Under the pieces are notes generated by a model. It did no database searches and was not told where the DNA came from. It was given only the letters and a program-made list of their open reading frames with translations. From an uncultured archaeon (GTDB lineage: Archaea > Thermoplasmatota > Penumbrarchaeia > JASLWR01): a stretch of 64,000 nucleotides of DNA. Positions 18,815-27,882 of this stretch are shown here, in pieces. How positions within the stretch are numbered: the first letter of the stretch is position 1; each line of letters starts with the position of its first letter. The stretch covers positions 160,001-224,000 of the forward strand of contig CAYSHM010000003.1 of NCBI GenBank assembly GCA_964430885.1, read 5' to 3'. Made by a program: the position numbers and the translations under genes.

Positions 18815-21413
18815 ATCTTATCACCAGGTCCTTGTTCTCGATCTCGTCCAGATCAACTGCTCCCACTGGGAAGCCTTCCGCCATATATCTGTTCAACATC
18901 TCCAATTGCTCTTTCAGAAAGGCATCGAAGGCATTGAGATCTTCAACAAATAGATGCGCATTCCTGAAACGAAGCAGGAACTTCAGAACACTGTAGCTGG
19001 AATTTCTTACCTTCTTCGTATCCCCTGCCATGTCCACACAGAAATTCTCAAAAGCCTTGGTTATTACATGACATGAGAGTTCTTCCTCACCGCAATCTGG
19101 CATGGAGTTCTGTGAAAAAAAGGTATTGTAACCTTCAAAACCCAGCTTGTCCAGAAGCTCCCTGCGGGCTTTTGAGCTTTTGAGCCATTCAAATACATCC
19201 CGTTCTGGCACCACTTGGTGAAAGTTAAAGGGAAAATATTTGACACTGATGAGATTATCCTTCATATCGCCACCGCCCGCTAGTGATCCATCTATGTTCT
19301 CCAGGAGATGGCAGAATGTAAATTTCAACAGCCTTCCGGGATAGATGCTGCGGAGATGGGATAGATACATTCGAATCTGAAAATCCGGTTTTTTTGATAT
19401 CGCCACCACATCCGAACCTCTTATTATCTCTCCTATGCTCTTCTTCCTTCCTGTTTTATAGTCCACTATCCATTGAGATGACGGGATAAGATCTACCTTC
19501 CCGTTGGAACCCAGCCCCCTATTGTAAAAATTCATCTCAGTAAAATTCGAATGCACAGCTTTATTGAAATGCTTCGAAAATGTGTTGGTTTGGGCCCTTT
19601 TTTCAAATCCCTTCACAGAAACTCCGGACAGATCCAAATTGGTGTCTATGAAAGTTATCAGGTTCTCAACAGCCACGGTGAACTGGGTACGGTATTGGGA
19701 CAGGGTCAGGCGGTCGACATATGGCTCCATGAGATTGACCATGATATCTATGAACTCATCAGGACCCATTTCCTTAACAAAATGGGGGAAATTGAGATAA
19801 AACTCAGCAAAATCATGAAGGAGGTTCCCTCTCTGAAAGTATAGCTTATCCTCCCCTTCGACCAATCTGGAGAAGAAGTAATCTTTGGGGCTGAAGGCAA
19901 GAACATTCAATCCGGATTGACTTAGGGTCTTAACAGGATAAGTAGTGCTGGTGACATCGTATTGTTCCTTTTTAAATACTGGCCTGTTCCCGCAGGCATT
20001 CTTTTTGGATCGAATTTTATACTTGACGCTTTCCAGTTCGGAGAAGCTCTTGAATGAGTCGCTTGTAAATTCCGAGAAATAATGACACGGCACTATTCTC
20101 TCACCCATGTAACTATCTTTTACCATATATTGCTGTGAAGCTCCGTTCTGCAGGAGTAACTGAAAATTTCTCAGATTCCTATTATCTCTCTCTTTCTTAT
20201 CCACCCAGGGCCGGTTGTCCGCTCTTGGAGTCCAGGAGGAATCCATACCCATGTAGAAAATTAGAGGCCGGTCTATAAAGCCTGAAGTATTGGGAGAAGC
20301 AAGAAGAACCCCTCTGCTGGGCTTGTCACGGGACTGCTCATATGCATTCAGATAGAACTCAATACTATCAAGATTCCTTTTGGATGTGATCTCATTCAGG
20401 AACCCGATCTCTTCTATTACAGCTCTCAATTCGCCCATGTAAACATCCAGCCACTCCTCGAACTCCTCCAGTGCTTCATGGAAGGTCATTTCATTCATGG
20501 TGGACAGCTTGTTCTTGATATCATCCAGATCCGCCAGGTCCAGAGGCGATACAAACATTGATCTGTGGGTTCGGGGCAAAGCTTTTCCCAAATGCAGAAG
20601 TATGGGGGAAACCTCTTTTACCCTTATACCCCGCCTTCCAGCTAGACGCAGTAATGCCAGGAATGTCCGGAGATCCTCCAGATCCGCCAACTTCTCTTTT
20701 CTCATTATTGGCACGTTCCTAGCTCGTAGGGCCGATTCCACAAGATGCATATATCGGCTTCCCTCCTTTGCCACCACTGCGGCATCCGAAGTAATGCATT
20801 CGGTCAAGCTTCCGACCACCGCCTGTACAATATCTCGGGTAGTTCCGAATATCCCGAAAGGCGGAAGTTCAATCCATTCATCCTCGAATAGAGTGACCTT
20901 CTCGAAATTATCAGGCAAAATGAGTTTATCCAATTCCTGGAACTGTTCCAGACCAATAACTGCCACACTCTTACCTTCAGGCAAGCGGGACATCATCATC
21001 ACACTGTATTGATTAGCAGCGGACATCATCAAATCCAATATCTTGGCACTAATCGGAGTATTATACTCATTATAATGCAGGATACTGCGGGGATCACCTG
21101 TCTCCCTCCAGCAGCTGATGATGTTTTCCATGAGATATGATGCCATCTTCCAGTGTATCTTTTCAGAATTGATTATTCGGAGAAAAAGCGCCCTGTCAGA
21201 CTCAAGCTTCTCCATGTGATAATTACCCAGTGCCCAGCGTTTTGGGGTTGTGGCAAAATATCCCAATCGTGCACCTCCCCATCTTACACAAAGGGCATCA
21301 TTTAGAGGCGCATCCACCGATAAAACAATATCAAAATCCTTTACCCTTTCGTATATGGATTCAATGGAACGTGCTTTCCTCATCTTCAGTGGGATGAACT
21401 GCTTTTCGGCCAT
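18807..21413 (-). CDS. PD-(D/E)xK nuclease with degenerate helicase-like N-terminus (AddB-like)
   Basis: GNLLHDFAE, GKVDL...IVDYKTG...FQIRMY; overlaps the helicase gene start. Confidence 0.8.
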   Translation of the reverse strand: MAEKQFIPLKMRKARSIESIYERVKDFDIVLSVDAPLNDALCVRWGGARLGYFATTPKRWALGNYHMEKLESDRALFLRIINSEKIHWKMASYLMENIISCWRETGDPRSILHYNEYNTPISAKILDLMMSAANQYSVMMMSRLPEGKSVAVIGLEQFQELDKLILPDNFEKVTLFEDEWIELPPFGIFGTTRDIVQAVVGSLTECITSDAAVVAKEGSRYMHLVESALRARNVPIMRKEKLADLEDLRTFLALLRLAGRRGIRVKEVSPILLHLGKALPRTHRSMFVSPLDLADLDDIKNKLSTMNEMTFHEALEEFEEWLDVYMGELRAVIEEIGFLNEITSKRNLDSIEFYLNAYEQSRDKPSRGVLLASPNTSGFIDRPLIFYMGMDSSWTPRADNRPWVDKKERDNRNLRNFQLLLQNGASQQYMVKDSYMGERIVPCHYFSEFTSDSFKSFSELESVKYKIRSKKNACGNRPVFKKEQYDVTSTTYPVKTLSQSGLNVLAFSPKDYFFSRLVEGEDKLYFQRGNLLHDFAEFYLNFPHFVKEMGPDEFIDIMVNLMEPYVDRLTLSQYRTQFTVAVENLITFIDTNLDLSGVSVKGFEKRAQTNTFSKHFNKAVHSNFTEMNFYNRGLGSNGKVDLIPSSQWIVDYKTGRKKSIGEIIRGSDVVAISKKPDFQIRMYLSHLRSIYPGRLLKFTFCHLLENIDGSLAGGGDMKDNLISVKYFPFNFHQVVPERDVFEWLKSSKARRELLDKLGFEGYNTFFSQNSMPDCGEEELSCHVITKAFENFCVDMAGDTKKVRNSSYSVLKFLLRFRNAHLFVEDLNAFDAFLKEQLEMLNRYMAEGFPVGAVDLDEIENKDLVIRYG

Positions 21414-21474
21414 AGGAACATCATTTTAGATTGGATTAATATTGAGCACTATAAGCAAGAATTAGGTAATCAGC

Positions 21475-22260
21475 CTATAGACCCACTTTTTCAATAAGCT
21501 CTTTTCGGAATAACTCTATCTTTGGACTCACGCCTCTTTTAACTTCAGCATACTTGTGGAAATTGAGAATATTCACACCCTTGACCTGGAAATCCACCAT
21601 TATATCCGGCAGATTGGCAGGATCTTTCCATACCGCAGATTCCATGAGCATTTCAAAGGAATGGAGAAGACATTCTATCACACTGGGGTCCCTATCCTTG
21701 ACAGGAGGTTTCTCGGTATGAAGGACATTTACTCCAATGAGAACATCACAATGATCCCTGATAATATCGTATGGCACCGGGTCGAAAAGGCCTCCGTCCA
21801 CATATACCGCGCCTTCGATTTTGTGAGGGCGGAAAAGCACTGGAATGGATATGCTTGCCCTTACCGCGTCCACAACATCTCCCTTGTCAAATACCACCTG
21901 TCTCCGGTTCCAAAAATCGGTTGCTACGACCTTCAAAGGTATGTCCAGTTCTTCAAAGGAATTAACCTTGATCACCTTTTCAAGCCATTTCCTTATCTTG
22001 TTACCCTTCACAAGTCCGCGGTTCTGATTGAAAGGTATATCCACCAACCTAGTGACTCCCACCAGACTCATGTCCTGGGCCATCTTCTCCATCTCTGTAG
22101 GAGTAACGCCTGAAGCATATATCGCACCAACCAGCGACCCCATGCTTGACCCTGATATAATATAGGGTTTGATGCCTAGATCCTCAAATACCTTAAGAAC
22201 CGATATGTGAGCCAATCCTTTAGCTCCTCCGCTGCCCAATGCTAGACCAATTCTTTTGAT
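21475..22260 (-). CDS. Patatin-like phospholipase
   Basis: (KRIGLAL)GSGGAKG, GSSMG, VDGG; conserved N-terminus extends upstream of the TTG at 22239 to an ATC at 22260. Confidence 0.85.
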   Translation of the reverse strand: MKRIGLALGSGGAKGLAHISVLKVFEDLGIKPYIISGSSMGSLVGAIYASGVTPTEMEKMAQDMSLVGVTRLVDIPFNQNRGLVKGNKIRKWLEKVIKVNSFEELDIPLKVVATDFWNRRQVVFDKGDVVDAVRASISIPVLFRPHKIEGAVYVDGGLFDPVPYDIIRDHCDVLIGVNVLHTEKPPVKDRDPSVIECLLHSFEMLMESAVWKDPANLPDIMVDFQVKGVNILNFHKYAEVKRGVSPKIELFRKELIEKVGL

Positions 22261-22511
22261 ACTATTACCTCCGAAAAAATATGAAAAACGAGGGATTATT
22301 ATTCCATAATGTTAAGGATATATTTATTATTGATTTATATTTTATGAAAGGGCCGACATGTGTTAAAGGCTTAAACACACCAAAAAATAATGAAAAAACA
22401 TCTAATTTCTTCTGGTATTTACGTAAAAAGCCTATTATAAAGTAACAATCATGACTTTAGACCATCTTCGGCATCTGTATATAGATGCAATAAATAAAAA
22501 GAGAGATCGGA

Positions 22512-23348
22512 ATGGCTAAGGGCTCAAGACGCAGAAAGAACCTTTTCACCAAGATAAAGAAACCTTCCACATTCCGCAAGATGGCTTGCGCCTGGTGGCA
22601 GGACCCTAAGAATCCCCAGATCTACGGCAGCATGGATGTCGAGGCATCAAAATTGACCGCATTTCTCAAGGAATATTCAAAGAAGAATAAAATAAACGTC
22701 ACCTTCACCCATGCAGTTATCAAAGCATCGGCCCTTGCATACCGGAAATATCCCTATCTCAATGTAAAGGTGGAAGGAAAAAAGATGTACCAGCGGAACA
22801 GTATTGATATAATGGTCCTTGTATCCCTGGGGTCAGGAAAAGACCTCTCCGCACTAAAGATAAATTCCGTGGATGAAATGTCCCTGGCGGATATCGCCAA
22901 GAGGATCAGAAAGGATGCGGACAAGGCGAGAAAGGGAAACGTTCCCAAATTCCAGGCGTCGCGGAATATCATGTCTAGGCTGTCTGCCAGAATGGCAACT
23001 CCGGTGATAAGGATCGCAGGTTGGCTGGTTAACAAGATGGGGAGAGATCTCACAAGGTTCGGATTCCCTCAGGATCCCTTCGGTACAGCTATAATATCAT
23101 CTGTGGGAATGTTCGGCGTGGATACCGCCTACGCACCCCTGCTTCCCCTTGCCAAGAGCGGGCTTCTTTTGGTTGTGAACGAAGTCAGGAAAAGACCCTG
23201 GGTTGTGGATGATGAAGTAGTAGTAAGACCGGTCATGAGACTCTGCGGCACCTTTGACCACCGTATATTCAACGGACATCAAGCCAGCAAGATCGCAAAC
23301 GAGTTCAAAAGACTTCTGGGAAAACCGGAACTGCTTCTAGAGCAGTAG
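22512..23348 (+). CDS. 2-oxoacid dehydrogenase E2-like acyltransferase, catalytic domain only
   Basis: TFTHAVIKA...YPYLN, GTAIISSVG, TFDHRIFNG; no lipoyl domain. Confidence 0.85.
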   Translation: MAKGSRRRKNLFTKIKKPSTFRKMACAWWQDPKNPQIYGSMDVEASKLTAFLKEYSKKNKINVTFTHAVIKASALAYRKYPYLNVKVEGKKMYQRNSIDIMVLVSLGSGKDLSALKINSVDEMSLADIAKRIRKDADKARKGNVPKFQASRNIMSRLSARMATPVIRIAGWLVNKMGRDLTRFGFPQDPFGTAIISSVGMFGVDTAYAPLLPLAKSGLLLVVNEVRKRPWVVDDEVVVRPVMRLCGTFDHRIFNGHQASKIANEFKRLLGKPELLLEQ

Positions 23349-23393
23349 AAAAACGGCCTTGAAAGGGCGTGTCAAATAACAATTTTTTCGTTC

Positions 23394-23930
23394 CTATGTG
23401 GGACAAACTTCATCTTCGCATTCCAATTCCCCGTAGGAGAACAAAGTGACGGTGAAAACGTAATTGATGGTATCCCCCCTGTGAGAACCCTGATTGGATA
23501 GGGCCAAGTGACAGAACCACATGGTTTCTTGAAGAGTAGAATTGGCCTCAGCCTCAAATGTAACTGAAAGCATGTCCTCCGACCCAGTAGTTGAAGCCAG
23601 CATTTCCCCGCTGTGGGGGCAGTCTCCCGTACCGGTGGAAAGTTCGATAGTCCTTGAGGGACCGCTGAGGGTTACATTTACCATGACCTTGGTTACATTA
23701 TTGGACATATCCCAATGATGCTTCACATCCGTATCAACAAAATTCGCTCCTATCAAAGGTATCTCAATGCTGCCTGAAGCGCCTTCATTGAGGGATACTG
23801 GAGTTGATTGAAGTGTAAGAGGCAGTTCGGCATTATTATCAATACTGCCTGAGGGCTCCTTGTCACCGATACATCCCATGGAAATGATCCCAATAACGAC
23901 CAATATCGAGATATAGAATGTGGATTTCAT
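23394..23930 (-). CDS. Putative lipoprotein
   Basis: Hydrophobic signal ending in SMGC lipobox-like motif. Confidence 0.7.
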   Translation of the reverse strand: MKSTFYISILVVIGIISMGCIGDKEPSGSIDNNAELPLTLQSTPVSLNEGASGSIEIPLIGANFVDTDVKHHWDMSNNVTKVMVNVTLSGPSRTIELSTGTGDCPHSGEMLASTTGSEDMLSVTFEAEANSTLQETMWFCHLALSNQGSHRGDTINYVFTVTLFSYGELECEDEVCPT

Positions 23931-24134
23931 AACTGTGTAATACTTTTCATCAAATAAAGCCTTTTTCGGAATAATTACCCTTGCATCTTCATTTATTGAA
24001 TTAAATCCATCTCTTCATATCATAGGATTCCCTAATAAAAAATGATTTAAGGGAAAAGATTATTTCAACCTATCGCTATCCAGAATTAAATATACTACAT
24101 CCAATTGAATTATTAATTTCGAAGTTGTGATAAA

Positions 24135-25652
24135 TTGTGGTTCTATCTTAAAGGAAGATTGGTACTGAGCAAGAACGCTGATGAGGCCATACCCGGGCTG
24201 GAGGAGATGTTCTCGGAAGTGAACGACGGTCTTTTGGCCAAGGGTGCCTCTGAAGGTGAAGGCGCCAAACTGCTCTCATGGTTGGTTTTGGAAGATACTA
24301 TTGAATTAGAGATTGAAAGTCCCGGAATTGTAAGGCCTCATGATGCCCTCTTGAGGCTGAAGAACCAGATCGGCAAACAGCTCGGCAGGAAATACCGTTT
24401 AGGAGTAAGACAAAGCTTTATAGACGAGTACACCATAGAATTCTCCGTCCCTCACACACCTGAAGAGACCATAGAGATCCCCTTTGCCGAATCTGCGGAG
24501 ATCAAGGACGGAAGGTGCAGACTTATCATCCACAATGTGACCGAGGAGATGATAAAAACCAATTATATAGACCGTATGATCAACCTTACAAAAGAGAAGA
24601 TCGATGCTCAGGATTACCAGGGTAAAGGTGAACACTGGGAGCAGATATGGAGATCCCCGGAAAGGGAATTGGTCTATTCAGCAGATCCCACCGAGGAAAT
24701 GGTGAAAAAAGGATGGATCAAGCAGGGACCTACAAAAGGAAAATGGTTCTTCAGATCAGAGATCACCAAGATAATGAGGACCATGGAAAGGATCGCGATC
24801 GAGGAAGTTCTAGAACCCATGGGTTTTCAGGAGATCGTTGCATCTCACATGGTTCCCTTCGACATCTGGATAAGGACCGGACACATGCAGGGTTCACCCA
24901 ATGAGTTTTACTATGTTTCTGAACCCAAGACCAGGGACGCGGACATTTGGGAAAGATTCATGGACAGGGTCAAGATAACACGGGAAGTGGACCGAGATTC
25001 TTTGGCTGAACTAGTCACAACACCCAAGGCAGGTCTTTGCTATGCCCAATGCCCGGTAATATACTGGTCCCTTCGGGGAGAAACTGTGTCGGAGGAATCA
25101 CTGCCCATTAAGATATACGACAGAACTGCAAACTCATGCAGATACGAATCAGGCGGCAGGCACGGCATGGAAAGGGTGGACGAATTTCATCGTCTGGAAC
25201 CAGTTTACATTGGAACTGAAGAACAGCTAATAGAGATCAAGAATTTGATGATGGAACGCTACAAGCACGTGTTCAACAACATTCTGGAGCTGGAATGGAG
25301 AATGGCCTGGGTCACCCCCTTCTATATGCAGCAGAGTGGTGCCTTCGGAGTTGAGGATGACGAGGAGAAAGTAAAGGGAACAGTGGATTTTGAGAGCTAC
25401 ATGCCCTACAGAGGGAACAGGGAAGAGAGCGAGTGGTTGGAGTTCCAGAATTTTTCCATAGTTGGTGATAAATACACTTCTGCTTTCAATATCAAGGCTC
25501 AGAAGAGCAAGCTATGGTCAGGTTGCTCGGGTATCGGACTGGAGAGGTGGACCGCTGCCTTTTTGGCCCAGTGGGGATTGGATCCTGAGAAATGGCCGGA
25601 AGGTTTCAGAAAGAGATTCGGCGAGATGCCCAAGGGTATCGAGATCCTATAA
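24135..25652 (+). CDS. serS: Seryl-tRNA synthetase, methanogen type
   Basis: RPHDALLRLK...LGVR N-domain; YAQCP, RYESGG.HG.ERVDEFHRLE, EWLEFQN, WSGCSGIGLERW. Confidence 0.92.
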   Translation: MWFYLKGRLVLSKNADEAIPGLEEMFSEVNDGLLAKGASEGEGAKLLSWLVLEDTIELEIESPGIVRPHDALLRLKNQIGKQLGRKYRLGVRQSFIDEYTIEFSVPHTPEETIEIPFAESAEIKDGRCRLIIHNVTEEMIKTNYIDRMINLTKEKIDAQDYQGKGEHWEQIWRSPERELVYSADPTEEMVKKGWIKQGPTKGKWFFRSEITKIMRTMERIAIEEVLEPMGFQEIVASHMVPFDIWIRTGHMQGSPNEFYYVSEPKTRDADIWERFMDRVKITREVDRDSLAELVTTPKAGLCYAQCPVIYWSLRGETVSEESLPIKIYDRTANSCRYESGGRHGMERVDEFHRLEPVYIGTEEQLIEIKNLMMERYKHVFNNILELEWRMAWVTPFYMQQSGAFGVEDDEEKVKGTVDFESYMPYRGNREESEWLEFQNFSIVGDKYTSAFNIKAQKSKLWSGCSGIGLERWTAAFLAQWGLDPEKWPEGFRKRFGEMPKGIEIL

Positions 25653-25670
25653 CAGTGATAACAGGAAAAA

Positions 25671-26822
25671 TTACCTGGGGCGGCGGCCATAATTCTCAAT
25701 GAAGTCAACCAGCTGTTTTGATATGCTGTCTCCAATATTATCGAGGGATTTCAATCCTTCAATACCCTTTTCACTGTAGATAACATCAATACCTTCATCC
25801 AATTCATCAAGTGACCATGCTGCCTTCCGATATGCCCACTCCCTGAAACCGGGAACTCCCATCTGAACCTGCTCCCGGGCCTTAACATGGAACATCTCCG
25901 AGGCGAACTTGTTGATCCGTAGATACCTGGGATAATGGACTACCGGCCGGAGGATGTGGTTTTCAAGGCCATATTCCCGACAGTATTTTTTAACCAGTAA
26001 GTGAAGATCCCTTATACGGTGGTGGTATAAACTTCGATCGTTGAAAAGCTCGTCGTATTTTCTGATCAGGGCAGGATCGAAATCCCTCAGAGCGCGGTAG
26101 AAATGCTGGCGGGTATATTCATCCAAGGTCAGACCAGCTTCAAGCACATATTTACCGCCGCTCTCCGCAGTCTTCTTCACTACCTCACGAACATTCTCCT
26201 CTGTGTCATAGATATAGGGTAAGACCGGCATGAAAGCGATTCCCGTCATTAAGCCGTTGTCCGAAAGCTCCTTCATGGCCTTGAACCTGGCTGACACGGG
26301 AGGAGCGCGGTTTTCCAGAATTGTGCGCTTATCATCATCCCTCGCGGTAATGATTGACCAGCAGACGTTGATATAGGAGGATTCGTTGATCTGCTTCATT
26401 ATGTCAAGATCCCGGATCAACAAAGGTGATTTCTCGTTTATCAGAACAGGAAAGTTCAAATTCCGGCATACCTTCAGCATCTTTCTGGCAAGACCGTATC
26501 GAGAATCGATTGCCTGGTGATTGCCCAGATATACAATATCCCTTTCTTTGCCCTGAAGTTCATCCCTCAATAGTTCGACAGCATTTGTCTTCACCTTGAT
26601 CAGTTGGCAAAAGGGATCGTCCAATTCTTCTATGGCATCATCATTCACATATTTATGAGGATGATATTTCTCATCCCGGCAATAGCAGTAATGGCACCCC
26701 CACTGACATCCCATATATGCATGTGCGGAATACTTGTTCCAGAACCAGCCGCCGTCTGTCCTCTTCTGGATATTAAGTATTCGTTTAGCCTCGTACTCGA
26801 TTACCCACGGTCGATCATTCAT
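25671..26822 (-). CDS. SPL-like radical SAM protein with C-terminal PolX-N/HhH-like domain
   Basis: YMGCQWGCHYCY, KSPLLIRDLD, LENRAPP..ARF; C-terminal AYRKAAWSL...LKSLDNIGDSI; start chosen at MNDR. Confidence 0.8.
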   Translation of the reverse strand: MNDRPWVIEYEAKRILNIQKRTDGGWFWNKYSAHAYMGCQWGCHYCYCRDEKYHPHKYVNDDAIEELDDPFCQLIKVKTNAVELLRDELQGKERDIVYLGNHQAIDSRYGLARKMLKVCRNLNFPVLINEKSPLLIRDLDIMKQINESSYINVCWSIITARDDDKRTILENRAPPVSARFKAMKELSDNGLMTGIAFMPVLPYIYDTEENVREVVKKTAESGGKYVLEAGLTLDEYTRQHFYRALRDFDPALIRKYDELFNDRSLYHHRIRDLHLLVKKYCREYGLENHILRPVVHYPRYLRINKFASEMFHVKAREQVQMGVPGFREWAYRKAAWSLDELDEGIDVIYSEKGIEGLKSLDNIGDSISKQLVDFIENYGRRPR

Positions 26823-26921
26823 AGCTCTGCCACCTTTTAGGAATTCTTTTAGGCTTTGTGAATACGGCAATACTATCAATGGAATTATAAAAATATATAG
26901 GAAGCTAGAGTGGAAGTAAAA

Positions 26922-27521
26922 TCACTTCATCTTAGAACTCACAAAGGAATAATAACCCCATCTCTTTCTATTCCGGAGATAACCAACATCGCCGCTTACG
27001 GATTGGAGGCTTTCAAGGGTATAGAACGCCTTGGGATTGTGTTTCTTGATATTGTGTATTACATTTCTGACATCCCTTCTCTTCAAGGGCATGTAGATGA
27101 CATTCACTGCTCCCTCGTCGCTCTGGGCATCCACCATTGTAAAGCGGTAGCCGGAGGAAGCAAGATATTTCAGAAGTTTTGTGGCAGACCTTCTTGTGAT
27201 GATACGAATAACCTCAAAACCAATGGACAGCTTTCGTTCGATATATATGCCCAGATAATTACCTAAAGCAAATCCAAATCCATAGGCGATGTAATTGACC
27301 ACATTTGTAAGGTTCTGCATTATCTGACCTATTGCAAGAAGCCAGATTATCACCTCGAAGAAACCCAGGATAGGGGCCACTATCTTCATTCCCTTCGATA
27401 CAAAAATTATCCTTAATGTGCCGATGGACACATCAACGATCCTCGCTAGTATAATAAAAACCGGTATTACAATATAACCGAATACCCAAGTGTCTGAAAA
27501 GACATCGTTGAACATACGCAT
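26922..27521 (-). CDS. DUF2179/UPF0316 membrane protein
   Basis: ARIVDVSIGTLR, GFFEVIIWL, GFALGNYLG, PKAFYT. Confidence 0.85.
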   Translation of the reverse strand: MRMFNDVFSDTWVFGYIVIPVFIILARIVDVSIGTLRIIFVSKGMKIVAPILGFFEVIIWLLAIGQIMQNLTNVVNYIAYGFGFALGNYLGIYIERKLSIGFEVIRIITRRSATKLLKYLASSGYRFTMVDAQSDEGAVNVIYMPLKRRDVRNVIHNIKKHNPKAFYTLESLQSVSGDVGYLRNRKRWGYYSFVSSKMK

Positions 27522-27882
27522 ACCTCCGGGAGGCGCGGAAATGACCATTCTGTATTTAAGGCTTGCTAGACACTTGTAATCGGGTCAACAATATCTGAAA
27601 ATATTTGATTGCCAGTTTATAAAAAATTAATAATGTTGGCCTCCATATATATTTTAAAAAAATTTATAAAAAATTAACATTTCTTTACACACCCCGGGGA
27701 AGTGTGGGAAAATTGGCTCAATAATTCAATCAATGGAATCATTTCCTGGAAAAGGTACATCGTGAAAGGCATGAATAAAAGTATCAAAAAACCAGTAATA
27801 AATAAATGCAAGTACTATGGTAGGTACGATTCAAATCTGAATTCTCGATGGATTCATCTGAGATAATTGAGGTGTTCTGAAA

